This document shows, one piece after another, positions 28,646-38,318 of a DNA stretch of 64,000 nt (position 1 is the stretch's first letter; every line of letters starts with the position of its first letter). Under the pieces are notes generated by a model that saw nothing but the letters and a program-made list of their open reading frames with translations, had not been told where the DNA came from and made no database searches. The stretch is from Synergistales bacterium. GTDB lineage: Bacteria; Synergistota; Synergistia; Synergistales; 79-D21. The position numbers were made by a program, and so were the translations under genes. The DNA is taken from the NCBI GenBank assembly GCA_036722335.1, contig DAIMJI010000001.1, forward strand, positions 61,915-125,914. Reading direction: 5' to 3'.

Positions 28646-29272
28646 CTAATGTGACCTGACGATTTCCTTGATGACCATCAACCGGCTCTGGCTTGAACGC
28701 TCCATTTCGTCAAGCTTCATCGTGATGTCCCGGATTGTTTCCTTGAAAGAAGGAATCATCACATGCTCCAGGGCGTTCACCCTGCGGCGGGTCCGTTCGA
28801 TTTCAGAGGCCATCAGCTTCAGGGCTTTCTCATCGGCTGCAAGCCGTATCAACCTTGCAATCAGCTTGGAAAACCGTTCAAGGGCCACGTCCAGGCTTCC
28901 GGGCGAGGTCGCGAGGCCGTAGCTGAGGCTTTCACCGCTTTGGGCGACCGTATATACGGGAACAATGACGCTCATGACGTTACGGTAGGCAACCTCGAGG
29001 CTGCAAGAAGCCCCGGAAATCATGAGGGATTGCTCCAGCATTGCCGGCAGGGTCTGGGCCCTCGCTAGCAGGAAGCTACGATAGCAATCTGCAAGTTCTT
29101 TCTCAAGCTGCTCTCGGAGAAGCTTGATCGCTCGTGCCCTTCCCAGAAACTCCTTGATCAGGGCATCCTGTTTGTCCTTTAAGAGCTTGTGTCCCCTTTT
29201 CGCCACGACCAGGCGCTTCTTCAGCCTGGAAAGCTCCATGCGATTAGGGTTCACGTTCAGTCGCTTCGCCAT
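28646..29272 (-). CDS. ntpD: V-type ATP synthase subunit D
   Basis: 208 aa beginning NPNRMELSRLKKRLVVAKRGHKLLKDKQDAL, typical of V/A-ATPase subunit D. It is the last gene of the operon. Confidence 0.93.
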   Translation of the reverse strand: MAKRLNVNPNRMELSRLKKRLVVAKRGHKLLKDKQDALIKEFLGRARAIKLLREQLEKELADCYRSFLLARAQTLPAMLEQSLMISGASCSLEVAYRNVMSVIVPVYTVAQSGESLSYGLATSPGSLDVALERFSKLIARLIRLAADEKALKLMASEIERTRRRVNALEHVMIPSFKETIRDITMKLDEMERSSQSRLMVIKEIVRSH

Positions 29273-29286
29273 GGGTTTGCCCCTCC

Positions 29287-30714
29287 CTACTGCTTCACCA
29301 TTTCAGGATTGGCGACCTCCTGCTTATCCAGAAGCGGCTTAAGGTACTTCTCGACGTAGGCGTCGCGTACACGTTTCAGTTCCCGGACGGGAATCATGGT
29401 CAACAACTCCCAACCGAGTTTCAGGGTTTCCTCGACCGTGCGATTCTCGTATTCACCCTGGCGTACATAGCGGTCCTCGAACGCGTCGGAGAAACGGGCA
29501 AAGGCCTTGTCTTCCTCGGTCAGTGCGCCCTCTCCCAGAATGATCGCGAGTTCCTTTGCTTCCTTGCCCCGCGCATAGGCCGCGAAAAGCTGGTTCATCA
29601 GGTCTGCATGGTCTTCACGAGTCTTCCCTTTGCCAATCCCCTTGTCCTTCAGTCGGGACAGGGAGGGCATGACGTCCACAGGCGGATAGATCCCCTTCCT
29701 GTGCAATCCGCGGCTGAGGATGATCTGTCCCTCCGTAATGTACCCGGTAAGGTCCGGGATCGGGTGAGTCTTGTCGTCCTCCGGCATCGTCAGGATCGGG
29801 AACTGAGTGATGGACCCTTTCCTTCCCCTCAAGCGTCCCGCACGTTCATACATGGTTGCAAGGTCGGTGTAGAGATAGCCGGGATAGCCTCGGCGCCCAG
29901 GCACTTCCTTTCGAGCGGCTGAAATCTCTCGAAGGGCTTCGCAGTAGTTCGTCAGGTCTGTCAGGATGACCAGGACGTGCATGTCGCACTCGAAAGCGAG
30001 GTACTCTGCCGCAGTCAGGGCCAGGCGAGGAGTTGTGATACGCTCGATCGCAGGATCGTCAGCAAGGTTCACGAACATGACCGTTCGTTCGATGGCTCCG
30101 GTCTTCCGGAAATCTTCCATGAAGAATGAAGCTTCCTCAAAGGTGATCCCCATTGCGGCGAATACGACCGCAAAAGCCTCATGCCCGCTGATAACCGAAG
30201 CTTGCCTTGCGATTTGGGCGGCCATCCGGTTATGCGGGAGTCCGCTTCCCGAGAAAATGGGGAGCTTCTGTCCCCTGACCAGGGGATTCATGCCGTCGAT
30301 TGTCGATATGCCGGTCTGGATGAATTCCGACGGGAAATCCCGGGAGTACGGGTTAATCGGGTTGCCGTTGATATCCAGCAGCGCATCGGGGATGACTCCG
30401 GTTCCCCCGTCCAGGGGCTCGCCCCTGCCGTTGAAAATCCGTCCCAGCATCGACTTGCTGACGGGAAGGGTAAGGACTTTCCCAAGGAAACGCACTTTCG
30501 TCTCCTGGACGTCGATCCCCGTCGTGCCTTCAAAAACCTGCACCAACGCCTTGTCCGTCGTGATCTCGAGAACTCGGCCCCTTCTTCTTTCGCCGGAGGC
30601 CAGCTCGATCTCCACGAGTTCGTCGTAACGGACTTCGTTGACCTTCTCGACAACCATCAGCGGGCCTGAAAGGTTGGTGATGGTTCGATACTCCCTAGGC
30701 AACATGGACCTCAC
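29287..30714 (-). CDS. ntpB: V-type ATP synthase subunit B
   Basis: 475 aa with [15 protein letters not shown] and [22 protein letters not shown] blocks. Confidence 0.96.
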   Translation of the reverse strand: MRSMLPREYRTITNLSGPLMVVEKVNEVRYDELVEIELASGERRRGRVLEITTDKALVQVFEGTTGIDVQETKVRFLGKVLTLPVSKSMLGRIFNGRGEPLDGGTGVIPDALLDINGNPINPYSRDFPSEFIQTGISTIDGMNPLVRGQKLPIFSGSGLPHNRMAAQIARQASVISGHEAFAVVFAAMGITFEEASFFMEDFRKTGAIERTVMFVNLADDPAIERITTPRLALTAAEYLAFECDMHVLVILTDLTNYCEALREISAARKEVPGRRGYPGYLYTDLATMYERAGRLRGRKGSITQFPILTMPEDDKTHPIPDLTGYITEGQIILSRGLHRKGIYPPVDVMPSLSRLKDKGIGKGKTREDHADLMNQLFAAYARGKEAKELAIILGEGALTEEDKAFARFSDAFEDRYVRQGEYENRTVEETLKLGWELLTMIPVRELKRVRDAYVEKYLKPLLDKQEVANPEMVKQ

Positions 30715-32488
30715 CCCCTGCCGGCATCAGATTGCCGATTTGTTTCTTGATGTCCTCTTCCAGGCTGTCCAGAGTATTCAATTCCTTCTCGTCAACGTAC
30801 CTCATCCGGGTGATCAGGTCCCGGATTTCCATCTCGGTTACGTCCTTGAGGGCAGCTCCCCTTTTCAGGGCTTCCATCGCCAGGTGATGGAAGGTCAGTA
30901 TATTCCGCAACATCTTGAACTGCTTGTCCATCGAAGCGTAGGTATCGACTTCGTGGAACGCGTTCTGGTGAAGGAAGTCTTCCCGCAGGGATTTTGCGGT
31001 CTCAAGGATCATCCGCTCATCCTTTGAGAGGGAATCGATACCGACCAGGCGAACGATCTCCTTCAACCGATCCTCGTCTTCCAACAGAGACATAGCCTCG
31101 ATACGACTCTTGGCCCATTCCCCGTCGTAAACGCCATCCCAGTATTCGCCAAGCTTTTCGGCGTACAGGGAGTAGCTGCTGAGCCAGTTAATCGCCGGGA
31201 AGTGCCTTTGGTAGGCAAGGCTCGCATCGAGACCCCAGAAAACCTTCGTGACCCGCAGCGTATTCTGTGTGACGGGTTCGGAAAGGTCACCCCCGGGAGG
31301 GGAAACAGCCCCGATAACGCTGACGGCTCCTTCGGCCTGGCTTTTACCGAGGCAGATGGCACGTCCGGCTCTTTCATAGAAGGAAGCAAGCCTTGTTCCA
31401 AGGTAGGCGGGATACCCTTCTTCACCCGGCATTTCCTCAAGCCTGCCCGAGATCTCCCGCAGGGCCTCCGCCCAGCGGCTCGTGGAGTCGGCCATCAGGG
31501 CAACCGAGTACCCCATGTCTCGATAGTATTCAGCAATCGTGATACCCGTATAGATTGAAGCTTCCCTGGCAGCAACGGGCATGTTCGACGTGTTCGCGAT
31601 CAGGACGGTCCGTTTCATCAAGGGCTGCCCGGACCTGGGGTCCTCGAGTTCCGGGAACTCGAGGAGAACGTCGGTCATCTCGTTCCCGCGCTCACCGCAA
31701 CCAATGTAAACGACGATCTCGGCATCGGCCCACTTTGCCAGCTGATGCTGGATGACCGTCTTTCCGGACCCGAAAGGCCCAGGAACACAGGCAGTCCCGC
31801 CTCTGGCGATGAGAAAGAACATATCCACGACCCGCTGGCCCGTCGTGAGAGGAACCACCGGCGGAAGGCGCTTCGCCACAGGCCTTGGGGTTCGGACAGG
31901 CCAGCGCTGGAGCATCTGGACCTCGTGGCGGTCCTCTCCATCGACGAGGACGGCTATCGTCTCCTCGACCGTGAACTCGCCTTCTTTAATCTCTTCAACC
32001 TTCCCCTTGACCCCAGGCGGAACCATGATCCTGTGCTCGACAAGGATGGTTTCCTGGACGATTCCCAGGACGTCCCCCGGCCCCACGAAGTCTCCCTGCT
32101 TAACCTTCGCTGAAAAACCCCACTTCCGATTCCGGTCAATTGCGGGGACGTTGATTCCGCGAGAGATGAAAGGGCTTTTCGCCTTGTCCTCGATGGCGTT
32201 CAGCGGGCGCTGGACACCGTCATAGAACTGCTCGATCATTCCCGGACCGAGTTCAACGCTCAGCGGGGCGCCGGTGCTGACGACCGGTTCCCCGGGCATC
32301 AGGCCGGATGTCTCCTCGTAAACCTGGACTGAAGCCAGGTCTCCCTTAAGTTCGATAATCTCTCCGACCAGGCCAAGGTTTCCCACCCTGACCACGTCGT
32401 ACATCCCGGAGCCCGTCATGCCGCTCGCAACGACAAGAGGTCCGGAGATCTTGCTGATCTTACCTTTTGCTGTTTTACCTACGGCCAC
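30695..32488 (-). CDS. ntpA: V-type ATP synthase catalytic subunit A
   Basis: Walker [10 protein letters not shown] and a [11 protein letters not shown] block. I moved the start to GTG 32488 ([20 protein letters not shown]), which has a GGAGG SD 8 nt upstream. The track start at 32701 would overlap the whole subunit F 3' region. Confidence 0.95.
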   Translation of the reverse strand: MAVGKTAKGKISKISGPLVVASGMTGSGMYDVVRVGNLGLVGEIIELKGDLASVQVYEETSGLMPGEPVVSTGAPLSVELGPGMIEQFYDGVQRPLNAIEDKAKSPFISRGINVPAIDRNRKWGFSAKVKQGDFVGPGDVLGIVQETILVEHRIMVPPGVKGKVEEIKEGEFTVEETIAVLVDGEDRHEVQMLQRWPVRTPRPVAKRLPPVVPLTTGQRVVDMFFLIARGGTACVPGPFGSGKTVIQHQLAKWADAEIVVYIGCGERGNEMTDVLLEFPELEDPRSGQPLMKRTVLIANTSNMPVAAREASIYTGITIAEYYRDMGYSVALMADSTSRWAEALREISGRLEEMPGEEGYPAYLGTRLASFYERAGRAICLGKSQAEGAVSVIGAVSPPGGDLSEPVTQNTLRVTKVFWGLDASLAYQRHFPAINWLSSYSLYAEKLGEYWDGVYDGEWAKSRIEAMSLLEDEDRLKEIVRLVGIDSLSKDERMILETAKSLREDFLHQNAFHEVDTYASMDKQFKMLRNILTFHHLAMEALKRGAALKDVTEMEIRDLITRMRYVDEKELNTLDSLEEDIKKQIGNLMPAGGEVHVA

Positions 32489-32538
32489 ATGGATCGCCTC
32501 CAACCTGTTCGCATCGTTTTCCGTCCAGCCGGGTCGGA

Positions 32539-32880
32539 CTACTTCACAGAGAAGATGTCCATCCCGACCGCCCGTTCGACGCTCGACTTGATCGACTTGA
32601 AGCCCAGGCCCTTCGACCCCCTGAGTCCAGGGATAGGGACGATGCTCGTTTCTTCCTTTTCGTTGATTTCCTCTATAAGCTCTCTCATGCGTTCGTACCA
32701 TTCTTCAACGATGAAAACAACGGCGTATTTTCGCTGCACGAGTTTGTTTAAAGTTTCTCTTGCCTCACCTTCCGCTCCTTCCTCCAGGACGTGCGGTTCG
32801 ATGCCGACAGCCTGGAAGGGAAGAACGCTTTCGTAGTCGCCCAGCGCCGCCATTGCCCGGTTCAGGTTAGCCGTTGACAT
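32539..32880 (-). CDS. ntpG: V-type ATP synthase subunit F
   Basis: 113 aa ([22 protein letters not shown]...[10 protein letters not shown]), resembling V/A-ATPase subunit F. It occupies the position before A, as in Enterococcus hirae ntpFIKECGABD. Confidence 0.85.
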   Translation of the reverse strand: MSTANLNRAMAALGDYESVLPFQAVGIEPHVLEEGAEGEARETLNKLVQRKYAVVFIVEEWYERMRELIEEINEKEETSIVPIPGLRGSKGLGFKSIKSSVERAVGMDIFSVK

Positions 32881-33901
32881 GACGCAGCAACCCCCTCAGC
32901 ACGTCCCTGTCGGCAGCGTTCGCCTTTCCGACAAGGATGATCCGGACATTCTTCGCTTCAATTTCCTTCGACCACAGGTAGTAAAGGACATTTTCCGGCG
33001 CCGTCGAGCTGAACCTGGCCTCTTCGACCACCCTCAGGACGTATTCATCCAGGGCTTTTTCGACTTCCACGATCAGGGTATCGAAGTCTGTCACTTCCTG
33101 GAGTCCTGACAGAGCCCCGGTAAGGTCGGTGTAGGACAGAAGCCTTCCCCAGCTTTCAAGCGGCTCACCCATCAGTGAGATCAGCCTCTCAGTCGAGATG
33201 ACCCCCCCGTCGTGAAGGAAGCCTGAAACCCTCGAAGCTTCGGTCTGGGTCCTCCTTAACCTGAGCAGGTTGCGGATATTTTCAGCATCGACCCTTCCCC
33301 TGACCCATTCGGCGGCGCCCTTATGATCAAGTTTTGCCGCGAGAGCCGTCATCTGAGTGAAAAGCAGGTCGTCCAGCTGCCTTTCGATTTCAAGGATATC
33401 GTGGTTCTGGTCCCACTGGGCAAGGCAGAGAGGGATTGCCGACCTCAGGCCAAACGGAAGCAGTCGGTAATCTTCCGATTCGAGAGATTCGATCAGGCTC
33501 TCCGGTGATATATTCCCGAGCTGAGTCAGGAGATCCCACCTTCGGCTTCCCCCGGACTTCTGGAGGAACGAACTCTTCAAAAGGACCTTGACGTTGTGGA
33601 AGTCGTAAGGCATTTTGCATAGCGTGACCAGGGCCTTGTCGGGAACGAATTGCTCGATTTCCCTGTAGACATATCGAAGTTCAGCTTCTATGGCCTCGTC
33701 GAAAGCCCCCTCGCCCTTCATTTCTACAAGCCAGGAGGCATAGCATGTTTCGTTAAGGACCTTCAAAGCCCCTTGCAGATCCTCTGCATCGAGCATCCGC
33801 TGAAAGACAGCAGGGTCCAGGAGGCGATGTCCCATCGCCCTCAGGCGTGCGACCGTATAACCATAACCTTCCGCCCGGGCCATTCCCTCACCTCCCGTCA
33901 A
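32867..33901 (-). CDS. ntpC: V-type ATP synthase subunit C (d-like)
   Basis: 344-aa helical protein in the slot between E and F. N-terminal YGYTVARLRAMGHRLL is typical of the subunit C/d family. Confidence 0.85.
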   Translation of the reverse strand: MTGGEGMARAEGYGYTVARLRAMGHRLLDPAVFQRMLDAEDLQGALKVLNETCYASWLVEMKGEGAFDEAIEAELRYVYREIEQFVPDKALVTLCKMPYDFHNVKVLLKSSFLQKSGGSRRWDLLTQLGNISPESLIESLESEDYRLLPFGLRSAIPLCLAQWDQNHDILEIERQLDDLLFTQMTALAAKLDHKGAAEWVRGRVDAENIRNLLRLRRTQTEASRVSGFLHDGGVISTERLISLMGEPLESWGRLLSYTDLTGALSGLQEVTDFDTLIVEVEKALDEYVLRVVEEARFSSTAPENVLYYLWSKEIEAKNVRIILVGKANAADRDVLRGLLRHVNG

Positions 33902-34488
33902 TTGGAGAAAAGCCTCTTGACTGTCTCCGCCTCAAGTTCTTCCCGGGCAGTCCTGATCAACATCTCCCAGGAGCAGTTCACATCGACCAAACCGCGCCGC
34001 AGGATGAATCCGCCGGCAATGGGAGCCTTCTCTTCCGCCATCTTGAGGTTCGAACCATTCTTCTCGTTGAAGGCCTTTAGCCAGGCTTCGTCAAGAGTTT
34101 TCTCCGCTTTCCCGACAAGAAGGATTTCTTCCTTGGTCTCAATCGCCTGGGAAAGCAAGGCCTCGGCAAACTTCCTGACCGATTCCCCTTCCATCGCCGC
34201 CATCTTGTTCTTGGCAGCCTCGAACGCTTCGTCGATCAGGTTCCTGCGCGCAGAGAGGTCATCCTTGTTCACGTCAAGCCTGGCGACAATCTCCCGCCTC
34301 CGCAGGATTTCGGGGGTTTCCTTCTCAAGCCTGGCCTTTTGGGCCTCCCCCATACGGGAGATCTCCTCTTCTGTTCCCTGCCTGATCTCCTCCACCTGCC
34401 CCCGGGCAGCGGCCAGGATTTCACCGGCTTCGGCTCGGGCATCCGCCTCGATCTTAGCCTTGATATCCGACAGCGACATACCAGACAC
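33898..34488 (-). CDS. ntpE: V-type ATP synthase subunit E
   Basis: 196 aa with an N-terminal charged coiled coil (IKAKIEADARAEAGEILAAARGQVEEI) and a globular C-terminus, in the E position of the operon. Confidence 0.8.
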   Translation of the reverse strand: MSGMSLSDIKAKIEADARAEAGEILAAARGQVEEIRQGTEEEISRMGEAQKARLEKETPEILRRREIVARLDVNKDDLSARRNLIDEAFEAAKNKMAAMEGESVRKFAEALLSQAIETKEEILLVGKAEKTLDEAWLKAFNEKNGSNLKMAEEKAPIAGGFILRRGLVDVNCSWEMLIRTAREELEAETVKRLFSN

Positions 34489-34494
34489 CCCGGC

Positions 34495-35016
34495 CTACAA
34501 CTTGATGCTGTTCATGAGAATGATGCTGAGCAGAAGAGCAAGAACCGCGTAGGTTTCAACCATGGCCGGAAGAATGACGGCTTTCCCGATCTCCTCCGGG
34601 CGCTTGGAAATCAGCAGGATCGCGCCTGCCGAAGCCTTTCCCTGGGCGACCGCCGAGTAATAACAGGCGATGGCGATAGGCATGAGTGAGCCGAAGATCC
34701 CTATCCCCTGCCAAATTGTCACTTTCACGGCAGCACCGCCAAGGAGCCCAACCTTAAGAATGGCGAAAAAGGCCGCGAGAAGCCCGTAAATCCCCTGGGT
34801 ACCCGGAAGCGCCAGGAGAAGGAGTGCCAGGCCGAACTTGCCCGGATCCTCTGTCATGATGCCCGAAGCCGCCTCATCTGCGATGGCGATCCCGATAGCG
34901 GAACCTGAACCTGCGAAACCTGCCGCAATGCCGGCCCCCAGCACGGCTATCATGGCTCCCAGCTGCTCCGACATGGTGGTCAAAAGGGTTGTGACGACCT
35001 GATCCATAAGAAACAT
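34495..35016 (-). CDS. ntpK: V-type ATP synthase proteolipid subunit K (4-TM c subunit)
   Basis: 173 aa with four TM helices. The blocks LPGTQGIYG, AVAQGKASAGAILLISKRPE and PAMVETYAVLALL are near-identical in pattern to E. hirae NtpK as I recall it. Confidence 0.92.
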   Translation of the reverse strand: MFLMDQVVTTLLTTMSEQLGAMIAVLGAGIAAGFAGSGSAIGIAIADEAASGIMTEDPGKFGLALLLLALPGTQGIYGLLAAFFAILKVGLLGGAAVKVTIWQGIGIFGSLMPIAIACYYSAVAQGKASAGAILLISKRPEEIGKAVILPAMVETYAVLALLLSIILMNSIKL

Positions 35017-35049
35017 TCCTCCTTAAATATGGATATGTCCTGTTGGTTT

Positions 35050-37083
35050 TCAGCGGCCTTCGTTCGTATCGGCCGGTTCAACGATTTTCACGAACTGGGT
35101 TTCATACCCGAAGGGGGAGAAAATTCTTCCGTTCGCCTCGTAAAACTTGCTGAAGAACTCGACATACTGAAGCCTGAGGGAGTGGACAAAAGCCCCCAGG
35201 ACATTGATCGCGAGGCTGAAAATGTTGCCGACCACGAAAAGGATGATCGCAAGGATCCATCCCACGTAAGGCACTCCGTCCGAGATCATCCTGGCCAGGA
35301 GATTGATGATCAGGCCTATTGCCGCTCCTGAAAGTCCCAAGGCAAGGAGACGGCTGTAACTCAGGGTATCTCCCAGGTACGAAGTGATGCCATAAAGACT
35401 CAGGGCTCCAGAAAAGGCTTTGCTCAGTATTCCCTTCTTGCTGCGCCCCTGGGTGAGGAAGAGGACAACCGCCCCCACACCGGCCATCGATTTCGCGAGC
35501 AGGCCAAGCGAAGCAGGAGCCTTCCCTATGGATACGAGGAAATAAAGGGCAACTCCCACCAGGAGAGCAATCCAGCCTCCCCGGTCCGCAAAAGCTTCCA
35601 TGTAGGACTTCCGCCTCAGGGCATCCCAGAAGGCGATCCCCAGGCCGAAGATCAACTGCCCGAAACCGAGGGTTAGGCAGACGCCGAGGTAGGTCATCGG
35701 GTCATTCATCGGATCCCAGACGACAAGGCGATCTCTTAGCGGGCGCAGGAAGTTCATGAACCCGAAACTGTCTATCGTGTTCGCCAGCCAGGAACCCGTC
35801 AAGGCCCCCATCAGGATCGTCGTCAGGCTGCAGATGAACATGACAACAAGGAATTTCCTCAGGTTGCCGGCTATGGGGAACTTCAGCAGGATCCCGCCGA
35901 GCATGAGAGCCAGTATGATCCCAAATCCCGCGTCCCCAAGGCACATGCCGAAAAAGAGATAAAAGAAGGGGGCCATCATCGTAGTGGGGTCGACTCCGCC
36001 GTAGGTCGGGACACCGAACATGTTGGTAAGGGGCTCACAGGGTGACGCCCACCCGGGATTCCTGAGCAGGGACGGAACGACCTCCCCTTCTCCAGGAGCC
36101 TTGACCGCCCTATCCGAAAGGGCGCTATAGGGTTCCAGTTCTTTTTCTATCTTCTCCAGTGCGTCCGAAGGGGCCCAGAACCTTAGGAAATTGATCTGTT
36201 CCGTACTTTCACTGGCCTCCAGCGCTTCGTAACGGCCCTTCATCACGGTCCAGAAATCAGATAGCGCCTGTACCCTTTCCAGCCAATCGCCCGAAAGGTT
36301 CCCGGCTTCTCCCTGAAGGGCGTTTTCTTTTTCCGACAGTGCCGCCTTGCGTTCACCGATCCGGATGACCTCCTCCGCTGCCGTTCCGGAAAGTTCCCTG
36401 GGCAATTCGATGCGGTTGAAGGAGACTTCCGCGCAAAGCGCCGTGACCTTTTCTTCGACTTCCTTCAGGAAAAGCAGGGCGACCTTGGCATCCTTGTCCT
36501 TTTCAGGATCCCCGATCCTCACGAAAAGTTCCCCGTCCTGGCCAACCTGGGATTTGAAAGCCAACTCCAGCCTGCTGACCTGGTCCACCGGGATGGTACC
36601 AAGGACACCTTTGACTTTTTCTGTTCCGGTCGTGAATAAGAGGAGAGAGTGAGGAAGGTCCTGGAAATTTCCGAGGATCGTCTCCAACCCGGCCAGTTGC
36701 GACATCTCGGTGCGGATTTCAACGAACTGCCTTTCCAGTCCCCTGAGTTTGGAAACGAGAACCTGAAAATCCGTTTCCTCAGAGAGGGATTCCAATTCAG
36801 CCATATTTCGTTTTGGCTTTTCTGATAGGACCTTGGTCAGGAAGCCCACCTTGTCCCGCCGGTAATTCTCGAGGAAGCGCAGGACAAAACGTGCATCGGC
36901 AAGTAAATTCTCAAAGCGCTTGAGGTGCTCCGATACGGGCTCACTCTTCGTCTCACCCGAAGCGGCCTCGTTCCCGCACCTGATAATCTCGCAACATCCC
37001 AGGCGCTGCAGGGAAGCGATAACCTTGTCGGTTACAGACCTGTGAAGGGCAAGCTCGACCTTTTTCATCTCAACTAAGGCCAT
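35050..37083 (-). CDS. ntpI: V-type ATP synthase subunit I (a subunit)
   Basis: 677 aa with a cytoplasmic N-terminal coiled-coil domain and a polytopic C-terminal domain containing SYSRLLALGL (the conserved stator Arg). Confidence 0.9.
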   Translation of the reverse strand: MALVEMKKVELALHRSVTDKVIASLQRLGCCEIIRCGNEAASGETKSEPVSEHLKRFENLLADARFVLRFLENYRRDKVGFLTKVLSEKPKRNMAELESLSEETDFQVLVSKLRGLERQFVEIRTEMSQLAGLETILGNFQDLPHSLLLFTTGTEKVKGVLGTIPVDQVSRLELAFKSQVGQDGELFVRIGDPEKDKDAKVALLFLKEVEEKVTALCAEVSFNRIELPRELSGTAAEEVIRIGERKAALSEKENALQGEAGNLSGDWLERVQALSDFWTVMKGRYEALEASESTEQINFLRFWAPSDALEKIEKELEPYSALSDRAVKAPGEGEVVPSLLRNPGWASPCEPLTNMFGVPTYGGVDPTTMMAPFFYLFFGMCLGDAGFGIILALMLGGILLKFPIAGNLRKFLVVMFICSLTTILMGALTGSWLANTIDSFGFMNFLRPLRDRLVVWDPMNDPMTYLGVCLTLGFGQLIFGLGIAFWDALRRKSYMEAFADRGGWIALLVGVALYFLVSIGKAPASLGLLAKSMAGVGAVVLFLTQGRSKKGILSKAFSGALSLYGITSYLGDTLSYSRLLALGLSGAAIGLIINLLARMISDGVPYVGWILAIILFVVGNIFSLAINVLGAFVHSLRLQYVEFFSKFYEANGRIFSPFGYETQFVKIVEPADTNEGR

Positions 37084-37396
37084 ATTTTGCCGTCACCTCT
37101 TCCACGAGCCATGAGGCCACTTCTTCGACACGGTCTTTTCGTGCCTGGACGAAAGCCTCCGTTTCCATTTTTCCTTCCGACTTTATCGCGTCTGCCCGCT
37201 TTTCAGCCTCAGCTTCCGCCTTCGTAATTTCCTGGCGAAATAGCTGGTGCAACTCCTGCTTGGCTTCCTTGACGCGTTTTTCCCCATCGGAACGAGCTTC
37301 TGCAACTAAGCGAGCCGCTTCCACTTTCGCATCCTGGATGATCTTCCTGGAACTTTCTTCCGCCTGCCTGATCTCCTCGGCCAGGTTAGCCGCCAT
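37070..37396 (-). CDS. ntpF: V-type ATP synthase subunit G/H-like (NtpF-type peripheral stalk)
   Basis: About 108-aa E/K/A-rich coiled coil, first gene of the operon. ATG 37396 has a GAGGGGGG SD 8 nt upstream; the track uses GTG 37405. Confidence 0.6.
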   Translation of the reverse strand: MAANLAEEIRQAEESSRKIIQDAKVEAARLVAEARSDGEKRVKEAKQELHQLFRQEITKAEAEAEKRADAIKSEGKMETEAFVQARKDRVEEVASWLVEEVTAKYGLS

Positions 37397-37464
37397 TGTT
37401 TTCACCCCCCTCGCTTACCGTTTAAAAATGCAATCCACAATACACAAGATTTTCCACCCCGTGT

Positions 37465-37494
37465 ATTCTAATGTGCAACGGAATATTGTGTCAA
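37465..37494 (-). promoter_or_regulatory. Sigma-70-type promoter of the V-ATPase operon
   Basis: The minus strand reads TTGACA (37494-37489), 18 nt of spacer, then TAGAAT (37470-37465), about 60 nt upstream of the first start codon. Confidence 0.5.
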
Positions 37495-37504
37495 TTGTCA
37501 CAAT
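37485..37504. promoter_or_regulatory. 20-bp near-perfect palindrome overlapping the V-ATPase -35 element (candidate operator)
   Basis: ATTGTGTCAATTGTCACAAT matches its own reverse complement at 18 of 20 positions. It overlaps the TTGACA -35 hexamer. Confidence 0.4.
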
Positions 37505-37541
37505 CCACGATAAAAATGTGATACTAGGGCTGCCCCCCCCC

Positions 37542-37569
37542 AAAAAAAAAGGAGGCCTTTTCGGCCTCC
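37542..37569 (-). terminator. Rho-independent terminator downstream of tRNA-Gly
   Basis: Minus-strand stem GGAGGCC/GGCCUCC with a 5-nt loop, followed by U9 (plus-strand A9 at 37542-37550). Confidence 0.75.
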
Positions 37570-37580
37570 TTTTATTCCCA

Positions 37581-37656
37581 TGGAGCGGACAACGGGATTC
37601 GAACCCGCGACCCTCGGCTTGGGAAGCCGATGCTCTACCAGCTGAGCTATGTCCGC
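37581..37656 (-). tRNA. tRNA-Gly (anticodon CCC)
   Basis: The reverse complement is GCGGACATAGCTCAGCTGGTAGAGCATCGGCTTCCCAAGCCGAGGGTCGCGGGTTCGAATCCCGTTGTCCGCTCCA. It has a 7-bp acceptor stem, the D-loop AGCTCAGCTGGTAGAGC, anticodon loop TTCCCAA, the T-arm GGTTCGAATCC, and an encoded CCA. Confidence 0.95.
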
Positions 37657-37669
37657 ATCTGCGGGGCAT

Positions 37670-37698
37670 ATTATATCGGTGAGCCCGAGCTTTGGCAA
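37670..37698 (-). promoter_or_regulatory. Sigma-70-type promoter for tRNA-Gly
   Basis: The minus strand reads TTGCCA (37698-37693), 17 nt of spacer, then TATAAT (37675-37670). The -10 element ends 13 nt upstream of the mature tRNA 5' end. Confidence 0.5.
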
Positions 37699-37831
37699 GG
37701 CAGTTTAAGGGATCCTTCGCCCAAGATCCTGGGGGAGGCCGGAGAGCCTAAAAGCGGAGGCGTGTAAAAAGCATTGTCACCGGCCCTGTTTTCTTCCCTG
37801 GAAACACCTGCTTTTTCATTCGCGGCGAATC

Positions 37832-37860
37832 TTGTCATTAAGACTAATAAGGATTATTAT
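37832..37860 (+). promoter_or_regulatory. Sigma-70-type promoter of the fur-family operon with an embedded 7-1-7 Fur-box-like palindrome
   Basis: TTGTCA (37832-37837), 17 nt of spacer, then TATTAT (37855-37860). The palindrome TAATAAG-G-ATTATTA (37845-37859) covers the spacer and the -10 element. It has the 7-1-7 AT-rich architecture of Fur/PerR/Zur boxes. Confidence 0.5.
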
Positions 37861-37892
37861 ATGAGAAAGTTGTTGAACTGGAGGGCCAGACC

Positions 37893-38309
37893 ATGTGGAC
37901 ACTCGATGAAGGCATTTCACGCCTCAAGGAATCTGGAACAAAGATCACGGCACAAAGAATTGCCATATTGAAAAGACTTGAGGGCCGAAAAGACCATCCG
38001 TCCGCCGAACAGATATACCAGGAACTGAAGCGTGATTTCCCGACGATTTCCTTCGCAACGATATACAGTACAGCCCAACTTCTCGCAGAAAAGAAACTTA
38101 TACAAATCCTGACCGTCGACGACAAGAGGGTCAATTACGACCCAAGCCCTGAACCTCATGGGCACTTCCGCTGCACGGCCTGCGGACATATCGAAGACAT
38201 CCCGATAACGGAATCCCTCCTTGAAATGCTGAAAATGGGCCAGGATTCCACCATTTCGAGCATACAGCTTTACATGTACGGGCTCTGCCCGAGTTGCAAC
38301 GTGAGGTAA
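37893..38309 (+). CDS. Fur-family transcriptional regulator (Fur/PerR/Zur subtype not resolvable)
   Basis: 138 aa with an N-terminal winged helix (ITAQRIAILKRLEGRKDHPSAEQIYQEL...FATIYSTAQLL) and two CxxC pairs (CTACGH, CPSC) forming the structural Zn site. GGAGGG SD 8 nt upstream. Confidence 0.88.
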   Translation: MWTLDEGISRLKESGTKITAQRIAILKRLEGRKDHPSAEQIYQELKRDFPTISFATIYSTAQLLAEKKLIQILTVDDKRVNYDPSPEPHGHFRCTACGHIEDIPITESLLEMLKMGQDSTISSIQLYMYGLCPSCNVR

Positions 38310-38318
38310 TCCGGATCG

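Noticed and set aside
32489-32701. 71-codon N-terminal extension of V-ATPase subunit A
   Set aside because: It overlaps the 3' end of the subunit F gene and has no similarity to A subunits. A GTG with a GGAGG SD at 32488 gives the canonical N-terminus.
37415-37698. Track ORFs 37415..37669, 37498..37698 and 37260..37682 around 37.5 kb
   Set aside because: They overlap the tRNA-Gly gene, its terminator and the V-ATPase promoter. Their translations simply read through the tRNA sequence.
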